The position numbers and the translations under genes were made by a program. DNA of 64,000 bases from an uncultured Gammaproteobacteria bacterium (GTDB lineage Bacteria > Patescibacteriota > Microgenomatia > Levybacterales > UBA12049). Positions 28,792-38,350 of this stretch are shown here, piece by piece (positions within the stretch are counted from its first letter, which is position 1; each line of letters starts with the position of its first letter). The stretch spans positions 8,685 to 72,684 of the forward strand of contig CAYOZJ010000004.1 in assembly GCA_964408485.1 (NCBI GenBank), in the 5' to 3' direction. The notes below the pieces were generated by a model that had not been told where the DNA came from, ran no database searches, and was given only the letters and a program-made list of their open reading frames with translations.

Positions 28792-29631
28792 ATGTTGCAC
28801 ATTCGGCCAGTCACAGAAAAAGATGCTTCAGAGCAAACTCGCGTTGCTTACGAGGATATTAAAAAAACATTCAATATTCATTTTGTCCCGCTTCTTTTCC
28901 AATATATAGCGGGATTTGAAGAGTACTTTCTGTATGTTTGGGAGAAAATAAAAACCAATTTAGAGAGTGAATACTATATAAAGAGTACTGCTGAGCTTAT
29001 CCAACTTTCTCAAAAAAGTATTCACACCATCTATAAAGAGTCTCGGGAGATGTCTCAATCTATTCATGGAATGCATAGTGCAGAAAGGCAGCATATTATG
29101 CAGACAGCGCAGGAGTTGCAAATTCTTAATGCGAAATTACTTTTACTAACGATTGGACTGCGGGAAGGGGTAAAAGGGGTTATTGTTGGAGAGCAAGTAT
29201 TGCCTGATGTAGCACATGAAGAAACAGTTTTTGATCCGTTTATTAATGAAAAAATTATGCATGCAAATGTGAAGCAACAAGAAAAAGACATTGCTCCGGC
29301 AAGCAAAATGCTTGCTCCACTTTTTGGTGCTCAGTCACTTGTTGTGAGTAAATATCCTGAATTTTTTTCACGAGTTGCCGCGGAAATGGACGAGCTGACA
29401 AAATCCGAAAAATATTTACATGAGCGGGTTGTTATGGAGCAGCATACACTCGAAAAGTCGCTTCATTTAACACATCCCTTGGGGTGTACCTATGCGGAAA
29501 TTGCCAGATTTGCAGGGAAGAGGCCCTACTTTAGCGAACTTTTGTATATTTTGGCAGAAACATTTCCAACCCAATTCCCCAGACTTCTCCTTACCTCGAG
29601 TGTCATGGAAAAAGTTTTAAGCAGTAATTAA
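28792..29631 (+). CDS. DehI/CMD-like helical protein
   Basis: N-terminal EKDASEQTRVAYEDIK...VPLLFQYIA pattern. Confidence 0.5.
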   Translation: MLHIRPVTEKDASEQTRVAYEDIKKTFNIHFVPLLFQYIAGFEEYFLYVWEKIKTNLESEYYIKSTAELIQLSQKSIHTIYKESREMSQSIHGMHSAERQHIMQTAQELQILNAKLLLLTIGLREGVKGVIVGEQVLPDVAHEETVFDPFINEKIMHANVKQQEKDIAPASKMLAPLFGAQSLVVSKYPEFFSRVAAEMDELTKSEKYLHERVVMEQHTLEKSLHLTHPLGCTYAEIARFAGKRPYFSELLYILAETFPTQFPRLLLTSSVMEKVLSSN

Positions 29632-29655
29632 GGTGCGGTTATTTAATAGTGCTTG

Positions 29656-29793
29656 TTAGTAGTCTACCCAATTTCAGGATGACGCTCGCTACGGGTTCGC
29701 TAAGTGAAATTTAACACCATATCGCATTCATATAATCTCATGGTTTTCTGCATTAAATTTCAATTCACCTGAGAATTGGGAGTAGCCTACTAA
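29656..29793. repeat. ~135-bp structured element, copy 2
   Basis: Homologous to 8784-8918 with compensatory stem changes. Confidence 0.8.
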
Positions 29794-29885
29794 TTTCTTT
29801 CTTAATTCTTACTTCTTGATTCATAATTCTCCCCGTAGGGTTGCGTAGCAACATAAAATATGCTTTACTAAATTGAGTATTCATT

Positions 29886-30335
29886 ATGGAAGAAAAAGGC
29901 ACCACATCGGTATTTCACTCACTCACTAATAGGAAATCTGTTAATGGAAGATTTCTACTCGTTAGTCTTGTTGTTGTTATTGCAGGATTTGTTGGTGGAT
30001 ACTTTTTAGTAAGCCTGCAAAGTGCGGCAAGTGTTGCGACCCAATCTGGCACAGCCGTTAACAAATCAAACCTGCAAAAAGGTGCTGCATATGGATCTGA
30101 TGACACAAAGACTTTTAAAGATACCGTAGAAGGACAAGTTGCAACAGGTGGAGTAAATGGGGAAGGACAATTTCATTTAGTCCGTCCTGGTGGAGATAGT
30201 CAGAATGTTTATATGACATCTAGCTTAGTTGATTTATCTCTTTTTGTTGGAAAAAAAGTAAAAGTGTGGGGACAAACCCAAAAAGCCCAAACTGCTGGTT
30301 GGCTTATGGATGTAGGACGGGTTGAAGTTGAATAA
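29886..30335 (+). CDS. Hypothetical membrane-anchored protein with small beta-rich domain
   Basis: N-terminal TM helix; leads the ftsEX operon. Confidence 0.7.
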   Translation: MEEKGTTSVFHSLTNRKSVNGRFLLVSLVVVIAGFVGGYFLVSLQSAASVATQSGTAVNKSNLQKGAAYGSDDTKTFKDTVEGQVATGGVNGEGQFHLVRPGGDSQNVYMTSSLVDLSLFVGKKVKVWGQTQKAQTAGWLMDVGRVEVE

Positions 30336-30337
30336 TC

Positions 30338-31111
30338 ATGATACATCTTCGTAATGTTTCAAAGGTTTTTGGAACCGGTGTTTCCGGTTTATCAGCTATT
30401 ACTCTTGATATCGATAAAGGAGAGTTTGTCTTTTTAGTGGGCAAAACAGGAAGTGGTAAGACAACGCTTCTTAAGCTTCTTATTCGGGAAATTCTTCCAA
30501 CAGAAGGAGAAATAACAATTGGCGAATGGGATATTGTGAATCTTCCTGAAAAACATATCCCACTTCTTCGAAAAAAAGTGGGAGTTATTTTCCAAGATTT
30601 AAAGCTTCTTATGGATAGGACTATTGGCGAGAATATTTTACTCCCTCTTCAGGTTGCCGGACGAAGTCTGCAAGAAGCAAATAATCGAGTCGATGAGTTA
30701 TTGGCAGAAGTTGGTATGACCGAACATAAAGAGAAATTTCCTGTCCAGTTGTCAGGTGGAGAATTGCAGCGTATTGCCATTGCCCGGGCATTAGCGCTAT
30801 CTCCAGAAATTTTACTTGCCGACGAACCAACAGGTAACTTAGATGAAGCAACTGCATTTGATATTGTTGACTTGCTCTCTCGTATTAATGAGCACGGGAC
30901 AACGATTGTTATGGCAACACACAATATGGATATTGTCAAAAAGCTTAAGCAGCGCGTTGTCGGACTTGAAAAAGGAGCGCTCATGGGAGACACCAAGAAA
31001 AGTTCCAAATCCCAAGAAACAAATCCTAAAGAAGAAGATAAAAAAAAGGAAGTTGGAGAAAAGAAAACAGACGAGAAAAAAGAAAAAGAAGAAGCGAAGG
31101 AGGATAAGTAA
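30338..31111 (+). CDS. ftsE: Cell division ATP-binding protein FtsE
   Basis: GKTGSGKT, LSGGE, ADEPTGNLD; upstream of ftsX. Confidence 0.9.
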   Translation: MIHLRNVSKVFGTGVSGLSAITLDIDKGEFVFLVGKTGSGKTTLLKLLIREILPTEGEITIGEWDIVNLPEKHIPLLRKKVGVIFQDLKLLMDRTIGENILLPLQVAGRSLQEANNRVDELLAEVGMTEHKEKFPVQLSGGELQRIAIARALALSPEILLADEPTGNLDEATAFDIVDLLSRINEHGTTIVMATHNMDIVKKLKQRVVGLEKGALMGDTKKSSKSQETNPKEEDKKKEVGEKKTDEKKEKEEAKEDK

Positions 31112-31185
31112 TTATTGATGATTTATGATTGACCATTGAGTAGAAAATTAGGTTCAATAGTAAATTATCAATAATAAATAACGTT

Positions 31186-32049
31186 ATGCACTGGGATACA
31201 ATGTGGAATCATATTCGAAGATCGCCGTATCAGGCGCTTGCGGCAATTCTTATTATGATGCTGACTTTTTTGGCAGTATCTGTTTTTACCATTCTTATTA
31301 TTGGATCAAGCAGAGTTATTTCCTATTTTGAATCAAAGCCTCAGGTAACGGCATTTTTTAAAGACGATGCAAAGCAAGCAGATATAGATAGTCTCAGGGG
31401 TTCGCTCCAAGCAACAGGAAAAGTATCAGGTATTAAATTTGTGTCAAAGCAAGATGCGCTTAAAATTTATCGCGAACAAAATAAAAATGATCCACTTCTT
31501 TTAGAGCTTGTTACTGCAGATGTATTGCCTGCATCACTTGAAATTTCAGCAAATAACCTTACTGATTTACCTGATTTGTCAACGTATATTAAAGATAATT
31601 CGTCGGTCCAAGAAGTTGTCTATCAAAAGGATGTTGTGAAAGCGCTTACCGCATGGACGAATGCAGTAAAAATTATCGGCATTTTACTTATTGGTCTTTT
31701 GTCTCTTGTCTCTGTATTTATTATGAGCATTATTGTGGGACTCAAAATTTCCCATAAAAAGGATGAAATAGAAATAATGCAACTTATCGGCGCGACAAAA
31801 TGGTATATTAGCAACCCTTTTGTTATGGAAGGAATTTTTTACGGCGTTGTTGGTGCATTTTTTGGATGGTTTGTCAGCTCAGCTGTTCTTTTTGCAACTA
31901 CACCGCTTCTTGAATCATTCCTTCGTGGTATTCCAGTTGTTCCTGTTCCATGGTGGTTTTATGCAGGACTTCTCGGCGGGGAGTTAGTACTCGCAGTACT
32001 TCTTGGAATCTTTTCATCACTGTTGGCAGTCATGAGATACATCAAGTAG
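31186..32049 (+). CDS. ftsX: Cell division permease FtsX
   Basis: FVSKQDAL, LPASL, EIEIMQLIGAT...PFVMEG. Confidence 0.92.
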   Translation: MHWDTMWNHIRRSPYQALAAILIMMLTFLAVSVFTILIIGSSRVISYFESKPQVTAFFKDDAKQADIDSLRGSLQATGKVSGIKFVSKQDALKIYREQNKNDPLLLELVTADVLPASLEISANNLTDLPDLSTYIKDNSSVQEVVYQKDVVKALTAWTNAVKIIGILLIGLLSLVSVFIMSIIVGLKISHKKDEIEIMQLIGATKWYISNPFVMEGIFYGVVGAFFGWFVSSAVLFATTPLLESFLRGIPVVPVPWWFYAGLLGGELVLAVLLGIFSSLLAVMRYIK

Positions 32050-32094
32050 CATAGAGCGCAGCGCTTAGGGCATAGAGTTTGAAAAGTATGATAT

Positions 32095-33345
32095 ATGGTA
32101 AAAAAATTATGTTTATTGCTGTTTGTACTGATAACATTCGCTTCAGGTAGTTTTACTCAGACTGTTTTTGCACAGGAAACCCCAACGCCAACCACGGATC
32201 CAAATCAACAAACAAGTTCTATTTCGGACTGCTCAGCAAACCATATTAGCGTTGCGGATTGCCCTGGGTATCTGCAAAAGAAATTAAATGATCTTGCTGG
32301 ACAAGAGCAGACGCTTAACTCTCAAATTGCAGTTATGGATGGACAAGTTAAGTTAACCCAAGCGCGCATTTATGCAACAGAAAAACAAATAAGTGATCTA
32401 ACATTGGATATTGATACGGCAAATCAAAAAATTACAACAATTCAATCATCGCTCGATAGTCTCACTAATATTCTCCTTAATCGCGTTGTCGCAACATATG
32501 AAGTTGGAACAATTCAGCCGTTGCAGATGCTTCTTACATCAACTGATGTTGGAGATTTTTTAAAACGATTAAATTATCTTCGTATTGCACAGGCACATGA
32601 TAAGCGTGTTGTTTTTGATGCTGTGCAAGCAAAAAATGATTATCAAAATCAGAAGAATATTTTTGAAGACAAGAAAAAACAAATAGAAGCACTCAAATCC
32701 CAGCTTGATGCATACACAGCGCAGCTCAATCAAGAAAAAGCACAAAAGCAACAACTTCTTGTCCAAACACAAGGATCTGAAGCAACGTACGAAAAGCTTC
32801 TTTCTCAGGCAAGAGCGCAGCTTGCGGGATTTAAGAGTTTTGTTAGCGCGCAGGGAGGTGCATCAATTTTGACCAACCAAACAGTGTGTGATGGTTGGGG
32901 ATGTTACTACAATCAACGAGATGCGCAGTGGGGGAATATTGGTATTAATGGGACTTCAACTTCCATTGCCGAAGCAGGATGTCTCATGACATCTATGGCA
33001 ATGGTTATTTCTCATTATGGACATACAGTTACTCCTTTAGATGTTAACGCACCGGGTAATTTCTTCTCCTCAACTGCATATATGTTGTTTACTATTCATG
33101 TTGCTGGGACAACAGCAACACGGGTCAGCAGTGCGATTGATTCTACGCTTTCCGGTGGCAATCCAGTTATCGTTGGCATATCGTATGATGGCGGTCCTAT
33201 TGCAGATCATTTCGTTGTACTTATTAGTGGAAGTGGTGGAAGCTACATGATGAATGATCCATTTACTCCTAATGGACACAATATTCCATTCACCAGTCAC
33301 TATTCATTAGGTAGTATTGTAGAAATAGAACGAGTAAGTATATAA
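32095..33345 (+). CDS. Coiled-coil protein with C-terminal C39-like cysteine peptidase (PcsB/CwlO-like architecture)
   Basis: Signal peptide, long coiled coil, YYNQRD...GCLMTSMAM...HFVV...NDP. Confidence 0.75.
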   Translation: MVKKLCLLLFVLITFASGSFTQTVFAQETPTPTTDPNQQTSSISDCSANHISVADCPGYLQKKLNDLAGQEQTLNSQIAVMDGQVKLTQARIYATEKQISDLTLDIDTANQKITTIQSSLDSLTNILLNRVVATYEVGTIQPLQMLLTSTDVGDFLKRLNYLRIAQAHDKRVVFDAVQAKNDYQNQKNIFEDKKKQIEALKSQLDAYTAQLNQEKAQKQQLLVQTQGSEATYEKLLSQARAQLAGFKSFVSAQGGASILTNQTVCDGWGCYYNQRDAQWGNIGINGTSTSIAEAGCLMTSMAMVISHYGHTVTPLDVNAPGNFFSSTAYMLFTIHVAGTTATRVSSAIDSTLSGGNPVIVGISYDGGPIADHFVVLISGSGGSYMMNDPFTPNGHNIPFTSHYSLGSIVEIERVSI

Positions 33346-33395
33346 ACTTCTTCTGGACAAATAAAAATCTCCACAGATACAATCAAGATACATAT

Positions 33396-34256
33396 ATGAA
33401 GGGTAAAATACTCCAAAGATTTTCTGTCGTGATTTTTTGTGCAGTTGTTTTCTTTACAATACACGCACTTGTACTCGCTGCATCTTTCTCTCTACAAAGT
33501 AATCAATCAGCAATTGGTACAGGTGATGAATATACTGTGAATGCAACACTTTCTATTAGTGCATCAGATGGGACACAGTATTTTCTTCGCGGAGTATTTT
33601 ATCAACCAGGAACATCTAACTACTGCGGCTATACATACAATGGATCATCCTACTACAACGGGCCATATACAACAAATAATGGGTGGCAAAATGTTTTGCC
33701 AATAACAGTCCAAAATAGTAGTTGGAGTGGTACATTAAAAGCAAAAATTGACTCGTCAGATAGTGGGTGTCAGTCGTCCGGTACGTATAATTTTAAAATT
33801 CAACGGTTTACGACATCGGGAAGCGGAACATTTGATAATCAGAATGAGCAAACAATTTCTGTAATAATTCCAACACCAACGCCAACGAATAGTCCAACAT
33901 CAATTCCTGCTGCAACGAGTACCCCTGTTCCAACGACCAAAATTACCTCTTCACCAACCCCGATTAAATCGGGGCCAACACCAAAGCCAACACTAACCCC
34001 CTTCCCGACAGTTCTTTCTGCAAGCACTTCGAGTCAGACAGATGATTCAGGCTTGTCCACAGAAAATACGCCTACAGGAGAGGGACTTGTTGCTGGAATA
34101 AGTGATGAGAGAAAGCCACTTGGTGGCTTTAATCCATTTGCTATTGCGCTTATTGTTATAGGAGTTGGAATCATTCTTACCTGTGGTATACTATTTTTTC
34201 GAGAATGGAAAAAGTCTCGGTTAAGAAAGGACACAGATGAAGTTACACACGAATAG
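33396..34256 (+). CDS. Hypothetical exported protein with Pro/Thr linker and C-terminal TM anchor
   Basis: Signal peptide, PTPTPT region, C-terminal TM helix. Confidence 0.7.
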   Translation: MKGKILQRFSVVIFCAVVFFTIHALVLAASFSLQSNQSAIGTGDEYTVNATLSISASDGTQYFLRGVFYQPGTSNYCGYTYNGSSYYNGPYTTNNGWQNVLPITVQNSSWSGTLKAKIDSSDSGCQSSGTYNFKIQRFTTSGSGTFDNQNEQTISVIIPTPTPTNSPTSIPAATSTPVPTTKITSSPTPIKSGPTPKPTLTPFPTVLSASTSSQTDDSGLSTENTPTGEGLVAGISDERKPLGGFNPFAIALIVIGVGIILTCGILFFREWKKSRLRKDTDEVTHE

Positions 34257-34725
34257 TGCGTTGGAAACGCAAAAAACAGGTGCGGAATTTGCAAAACAAC
34301 TCCGTGGTGGAGATGTTGTTTTATTATATGGGGAATTAGGTGCGGGGAAAACAACATTTACCCAAGGAGTGGCATATGGACTTGGCATTGAAAGGCGAAT
34401 TATTTCTCCAACGTTTATTATTGTGAGAAAGTATGAAGTACCCAGTGTCATTCTGGGGAACGTAGTGACTCCAGAATCTGGTTCAAGAATAGATTCTGGA
34501 CAAGCCAGAATGACGGTTAAAACCCTCTACCACATAGATCTTTATAGAACTCAAACAGATGATGATTTAAAGGGATTAGGGTTACAAGAAATATTAGAAG
34601 AAAAAGATGCAATTGTTGTTATTGAGTGGCCAGAAAAATTGGGTTCTCTTTTCCCAAAGAAAGCATGGGAAGTAAAGTTTGTTGATGACCAGCACGATGA
34701 AAGGGATGTTACAATAGAGAAATAA
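34237..34725 (+). CDS. tsaE: tRNA t6A biosynthesis ATPase TsaE, with ~24-aa repeat-derived insert
   Basis: GELGAGKT, SPTF, HIDLYR, IEWP. Confidence 0.93.
   Translation: MKLHTNSALETQKTGAEFAKQLRGGDVVLLYGELGAGKTTFTQGVAYGLGIERRIISPTFIIVRKYEVPSVILGNVVTPESGSRIDSGQARMTVKTLYHIDLYRTQTDDDLKGLGLQEILEEKDAIVVIEWPEKLGSLFPKKAWEVKFVDDQHDERDVTIEK
34446..34515 (+). repeat. ORF-less copy of the GIY-YIG-flanking element, in frame in tsaE
   Basis: TGTCATTCTGG...CCAGAATCT spacer AGATTCTGGACAAGCCAGAATGAC. Confidence 0.88.
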
Positions 34726-34730
34726 AATTT

Positions 34731-34821
34731 ACCCGTTCGACACTCGATTCAGTGTTTGCTTCGCCGAAGCGGCACAGCTCAGGGATAAATTTTTCCTGAG
34801 CGAATAGAATGAGTCGAAGGA
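34731..34821. repeat. Family G doublet with nested hairpin cassette (A-C, 34741-34773)
   Basis: Matches 48461-48522 plus an extra ~33 nt in the loop. Confidence 0.8.
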
Positions 34822-34828
34822 TAATCTA

Positions 34829-35407
34829 ATGAACAAAAATATACATAAAGCAATAAGCATTCTTAAATCTGGAGGAATAGTTCTTCTTCCAACAGATACC
34901 GTTTTTGGGATTTGCTGCAGGATAGATAATAAGGAAAGTTTGCAGCGTTTATTTGCAATTAAAAAACGCGATGAGCATCAAGCAGTACCAATACTTGTAA
35001 GTAGTACAGATATGGTAAAGCAGTATGTTGAAGAGTTGGATAATAATGTAGAGCGCCTTATGGAAGACTATTGGCCAGGAGGGTTAACAATTATTTTGAA
35101 AGCAAAAAAAGAAAAAGTTTTATCTCTGGTTAGAGGGGATGGAGATACTATTGGTGTACGAATTCCGGATTTATTATCACCATTTCAAATAATTGAAAAA
35201 TTGGGTGTACCCATTGTTGGCACATCTGCCAATTTTCATGGATTACCATCAGTAACCAAATTTAAAGATTTAGATCCTGAATTGGTTAATCTCGTTGATT
35301 ATGTTTTGGAAGAGGATACTCTTGGTGGAGTTGCGTCAACTGTTGTAGATTGTACTGTTAGTCCATGGAAAATCTTACGCCCAGGAGCTGTTAGCTTAAC
35401 TATTTAA
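34829..35407 (+). CDS. tsaC: L-threonylcarbamoyladenylate synthase (YrdC/Sua5)
   Basis: PTDTVFG, K.R, WPGGLT, TSAN, ASTVVD. Confidence 0.92.
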   Translation: MNKNIHKAISILKSGGIVLLPTDTVFGICCRIDNKESLQRLFAIKKRDEHQAVPILVSSTDMVKQYVEELDNNVERLMEDYWPGGLTIILKAKKEKVLSLVRGDGDTIGVRIPDLLSPFQIIEKLGVPIVGTSANFHGLPSVTKFKDLDPELVNLVDYVLEEDTLGGVASTVVDCTVSPWKILRPGAVSLTI

Positions 35408-35486
35408 TATTCTTCGAGCAGAGCGAGAAGTTATTCCCCCAAGGGGACTAGCTTCACCGAAACGGCGTACTCCGTTCGAACAATAA
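35408..35486. repeat. Family F doublet with nested hairpin cassette (A-E, 35436-35467)
   Basis: TATTCTTCGAGC...GAGAAG and TTCGAACAATAA arms as at 46818-46876. Confidence 0.75.
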
Positions 35487-35490
35487 ATCT

Positions 35491-35787
35491 ATGAACACAC
35501 TTTTTATCGATACAACAAATAATAAAGAAATTATTATCAGATTAGCAATAGATCAAAAATCTTTTGAAGAAAAAGTTGCAATAGAAAATAATAGGACTCA
35601 AGTTGTTTTGCCAACAATCCAAAAGTTATTAAAACAACATGATCTTACGGTTAAGGACATTGAAAAAGTAGAAGTAAATCCTGGACCGGGAAGTTTTACT
35701 GGAGTGAGAGTTGGTGCAGCAATTGCTAATAGTATTATTTTTGCGCTAGGACTTTCGCAAGATCTCATTGAGCCGGTGTATACCTGA
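35491..35787 (+). CDS. tsaB: Short TsaB (N-terminal domain only)
   Basis: LFIDT, GPGSFTGVRVG; 98 aa. Confidence 0.85.
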   Translation: MNTLFIDTTNNKEIIIRLAIDQKSFEEKVAIENNRTQVVLPTIQKLLKQHDLTVKDIEKVEVNPGPGSFTGVRVGAAIANSIIFALGLSQDLIEPVYT

Positions 35788-35811
35788 TGCTATACTAAAA
35801 AAGTACTGTCC

Positions 35812-36735
35812 ATGAATTTATTTAAGCACTTATTTCTTCCGGCATTTTCCAACAATCAACGTGCCAAACTTATCCATAGCCAGGTTATTTTCTTTGTTGT
35901 TTTGCTTCTCGGCGTAGCGTCTTTTGCTATTAGTATTGGAAAGACGCAGTATAAAAGTGTCTTAGGAGTTAGTGTTAATGTCTCTTCGTCAGATTTACTT
36001 GCTCAAACCAATCAAGATAGAATTAATGCAGGTCTTAAGCCACTTGCCTTAAATACACAGCTTTCCGGCGCAGCAGAGGCAAAGGCGCAAGATATGTTTG
36101 CCAAAAACTATTGGGCGCATTTTGGCCCAAATGGAGAAAGTCCGTGGGATTTTATTCATTCGGCAGGGTATAACTATATTTACGCAGGGGAAAATTTAGC
36201 GCGTGGATTTACCTCAAGCACAGATGTAGTGAATGCATGGATGGCAAGTCCTGAACATAGGGCAAATATGCTATCTAATAACTATACCGATGTCGGATTT
36301 GCTATAGAGGAGGGTCGACTTCCAGGTGACAGCAATACTGTTTTGGTTGTTGAGATGTTTGGGAGCACGAATGTCGTTGCAAAGTCAAATGTCCCACCAG
36401 TTGTTGTGCCGCAGGTAACAGAAGCGCCTGTAGCGGTAAGTTCTCCAGCAGGTAAAATTGCTGCTATACCATCCTCAGTTCCTGCTCAGCTAAAGCCAAG
36501 TATTGCACCAGTCTTGTCTGCAGTAAAAAATCAACCAATTTTTGACAGCGCATTTTATTCAAAAGTGCTTAGTCTTTCGCTTTTGTCACTTTTTGTTGTC
36601 ATCTTTGGTATGGATGTTGTGCTTACTGAAAGCAAAAAAACAATTCGTCTTGCCGGACATAGTTTTGACCATTTGCTTTTCCTTATCGCAATTCTTCTTA
36701 TTGCAGTAACATTGGGATTGGGGGTTGTTGGTTAG
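35812..36735 (+). CDS. CAP/SCP domain protein
   Basis: TN..R...GL, AGENLA, WMASPEHRANML. Confidence 0.88.
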   Translation: MNLFKHLFLPAFSNNQRAKLIHSQVIFFVVLLLGVASFAISIGKTQYKSVLGVSVNVSSSDLLAQTNQDRINAGLKPLALNTQLSGAAEAKAQDMFAKNYWAHFGPNGESPWDFIHSAGYNYIYAGENLARGFTSSTDVVNAWMASPEHRANMLSNNYTDVGFAIEEGRLPGDSNTVLVVEMFGSTNVVAKSNVPPVVVPQVTEAPVAVSSPAGKIAAIPSSVPAQLKPSIAPVLSAVKNQPIFDSAFYSKVLSLSLLSLFVVIFGMDVVLTESKKTIRLAGHSFDHLLFLIAILLIAVTLGLGVVG

Positions 36736-36736
36736 T

Positions 36737-36991
36737 ATGAAAAAACATTTAGGATACTATGTTTCATTTCTTGTAATTTGTTTTGCTGGAATCTTTCTTG
36801 TTTTTCAGAATAATGGGGACAAAAATCTTATTATTGAATTTGTTAGTCTTTTTGCGCTGTCATATATTGTGTGGGGATTGTTGCATCATTTGGTACATCA
36901 CAGCGTGACTTTACGGATTGTGATAGAATACATTGTCGTAGCGCTTCTTGGCGTTGCAGTTATTTTCTTTATCCTTAACGGAGGAGTATAA
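36737..36991 (+). CDS. Hypothetical small membrane protein
   Basis: 3 TM helices, WGLLHH motif. Confidence 0.7.
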   Translation: MKKHLGYYVSFLVICFAGIFLVFQNNGDKNLIIEFVSLFALSYIVWGLLHHLVHHSVTLRIVIEYIVVALLGVAVIFFILNGGV

Positions 36992-36998
36992 TTACTAT

Positions 36999-37733
36999 AT
37001 GAAAGGCGTTATTTTAGCTGGTGGACTTGGAACAAGACTATATCCTTTAACCTACGTTACCAACAAACATCTTCTTCCCGTGTATGACAAGCCAATGATT
37101 TTTTATCCAATTCAGACTCTGGTAAATGCAGGAGTAAAGGAAGTCCTTATTGTTACCAGTGGTCCTCATGTTGGTCACTTTTTAAGTGTATTAAAAAACG
37201 GAAAAGAGTTAGGACTTGATCACTTGGAATATGCATATCAAGAAAAGCCAGATGGAGGAATTGCTGATGCGCTTTCTTTGGCAAGAGATTTTGCAGATGG
37301 AGATAGTGTTGCGGTTATTTTGGGAGACAATACAACAGATGCAGATATTGCACCAGCTGTAAAAGGTTTTACAGAAGGCGCAATGGTTTTCTTGAAAGAC
37401 GTACCAGATGCACATCGCTTTGGCGTTGCTGTTTTTGATGAAAAAGATCCATCTCAGGTTATTGCAATCGAAGAAAAACCTAAGCAACCGAAGAGTAGTA
37501 TGGCAGTGACAGGGGTATATCTATATGACCATCATGTTTTTGAAATGATTAAAAATCTTAAGCCATCAGACAGAGGAGAACTGGAGATTACTGATGTAAA
37601 TAATGAATATATTAGTAAAAAGCAACTCCACTGGGCAGAGCTTAAGGGTTTTTGGTCGGATGCAGGCACATTTAAAAGTCTATATAGATCAAATAGATAT
37701 TGGGCTCAAAAAATGGAAAAAGACCTCATGTAA
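36999..37733 (+). CDS. rfbA: Glucose-1-phosphate thymidylyltransferase
   Basis: LAGGLGTRLYP, KHLLPVYDKPMI, EEKP, RGELEITD. Confidence 0.9.
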   Translation: MKGVILAGGLGTRLYPLTYVTNKHLLPVYDKPMIFYPIQTLVNAGVKEVLIVTSGPHVGHFLSVLKNGKELGLDHLEYAYQEKPDGGIADALSLARDFADGDSVAVILGDNTTDADIAPAVKGFTEGAMVFLKDVPDAHRFGVAVFDEKDPSQVIAIEEKPKQPKSSMAVTGVYLYDHHVFEMIKNLKPSDRGELEITDVNNEYISKKQLHWAELKGFWSDAGTFKSLYRSNRYWAQKMEKDLM

Positions 37734-37738
37734 TTTTC

Positions 37739-38281
37739 ATGGATACGCAAAAAATACTTTCCTCACAGGTTGTTTTTAAAGCAAAATTGTTTGATGTCAA
37801 AGAAGAAGTCTTAGAAGATCACAATAAAAAAATCCACACATTCCATACCGCGTATGAAAAACCGGCAGCAGGTGTTATTCCGCTTACTCCAAAAGGTGAG
37901 GTAATTCTTATTGATCAGTATCGATATGTTTTTGGAAAAAGAATATTGGGAATGATTGCAGGATTTATAGAAGATGGAGAGACTTCTCTGCAAGCTGCCA
38001 AAAGGGAGCTTAAAGAAGAAACAGGTATTGTTGCAGGACAGTTTGAGTTATTGGCAAAAGCAGAGCTTGCGAGAAGCGTTGCGACACAAACCTATTACAT
38101 ATTTTTAGCAAAAGACCTAGAAATTGGAGAGGCTCATCCTGACAGTGATGAGGATATTCGAGTTGTCCGAATGCCGCTTGCGGATGCAGTAGCAAAAGTT
38201 ATGAATGGAGAAATCTACCATTCTCCAAGTATGACTGCTATACTAATGCTTGATAAGTTAAAAAAGGAGAAAAAAATATAG
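37739..38281 (+). CDS. NUDIX hydrolase (ADP-ribose pyrophosphatase-like)
   Basis: AGFIEDGETSLQAAKRELKEETG. Confidence 0.88.
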   Translation: MDTQKILSSQVVFKAKLFDVKEEVLEDHNKKIHTFHTAYEKPAAGVIPLTPKGEVILIDQYRYVFGKRILGMIAGFIEDGETSLQAAKRELKEETGIVAGQFELLAKAELARSVATQTYYIFLAKDLEIGEAHPDSDEDIRVVRMPLADAVAKVMNGEIYHSPSMTAILMLDKLKKEKKI

Positions 38282-38339
38282 TGTCATTCTGGCTTGTCCA
38301 GAATCTAGATCCTGGATGCACTACGCTTACCAGGATGAC
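38282..38339 (-). repeat. Empty (arm-to-arm) copy of the GIY-YIG-flanking element
   Basis: Reverse complement reads GTCATCCTGGTAAGCGTAGTGCATCCAGGATCT joined to AGATTCTGGACAAGCCAGAATGACA. Confidence 0.9.
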
Positions 38340-38350
38340 TGTTTAAAATT

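Noticed and set aside
33870-34010. CCAAC-rich repeats
   Set aside because: Ordinary Pro/Thr linker coding sequence
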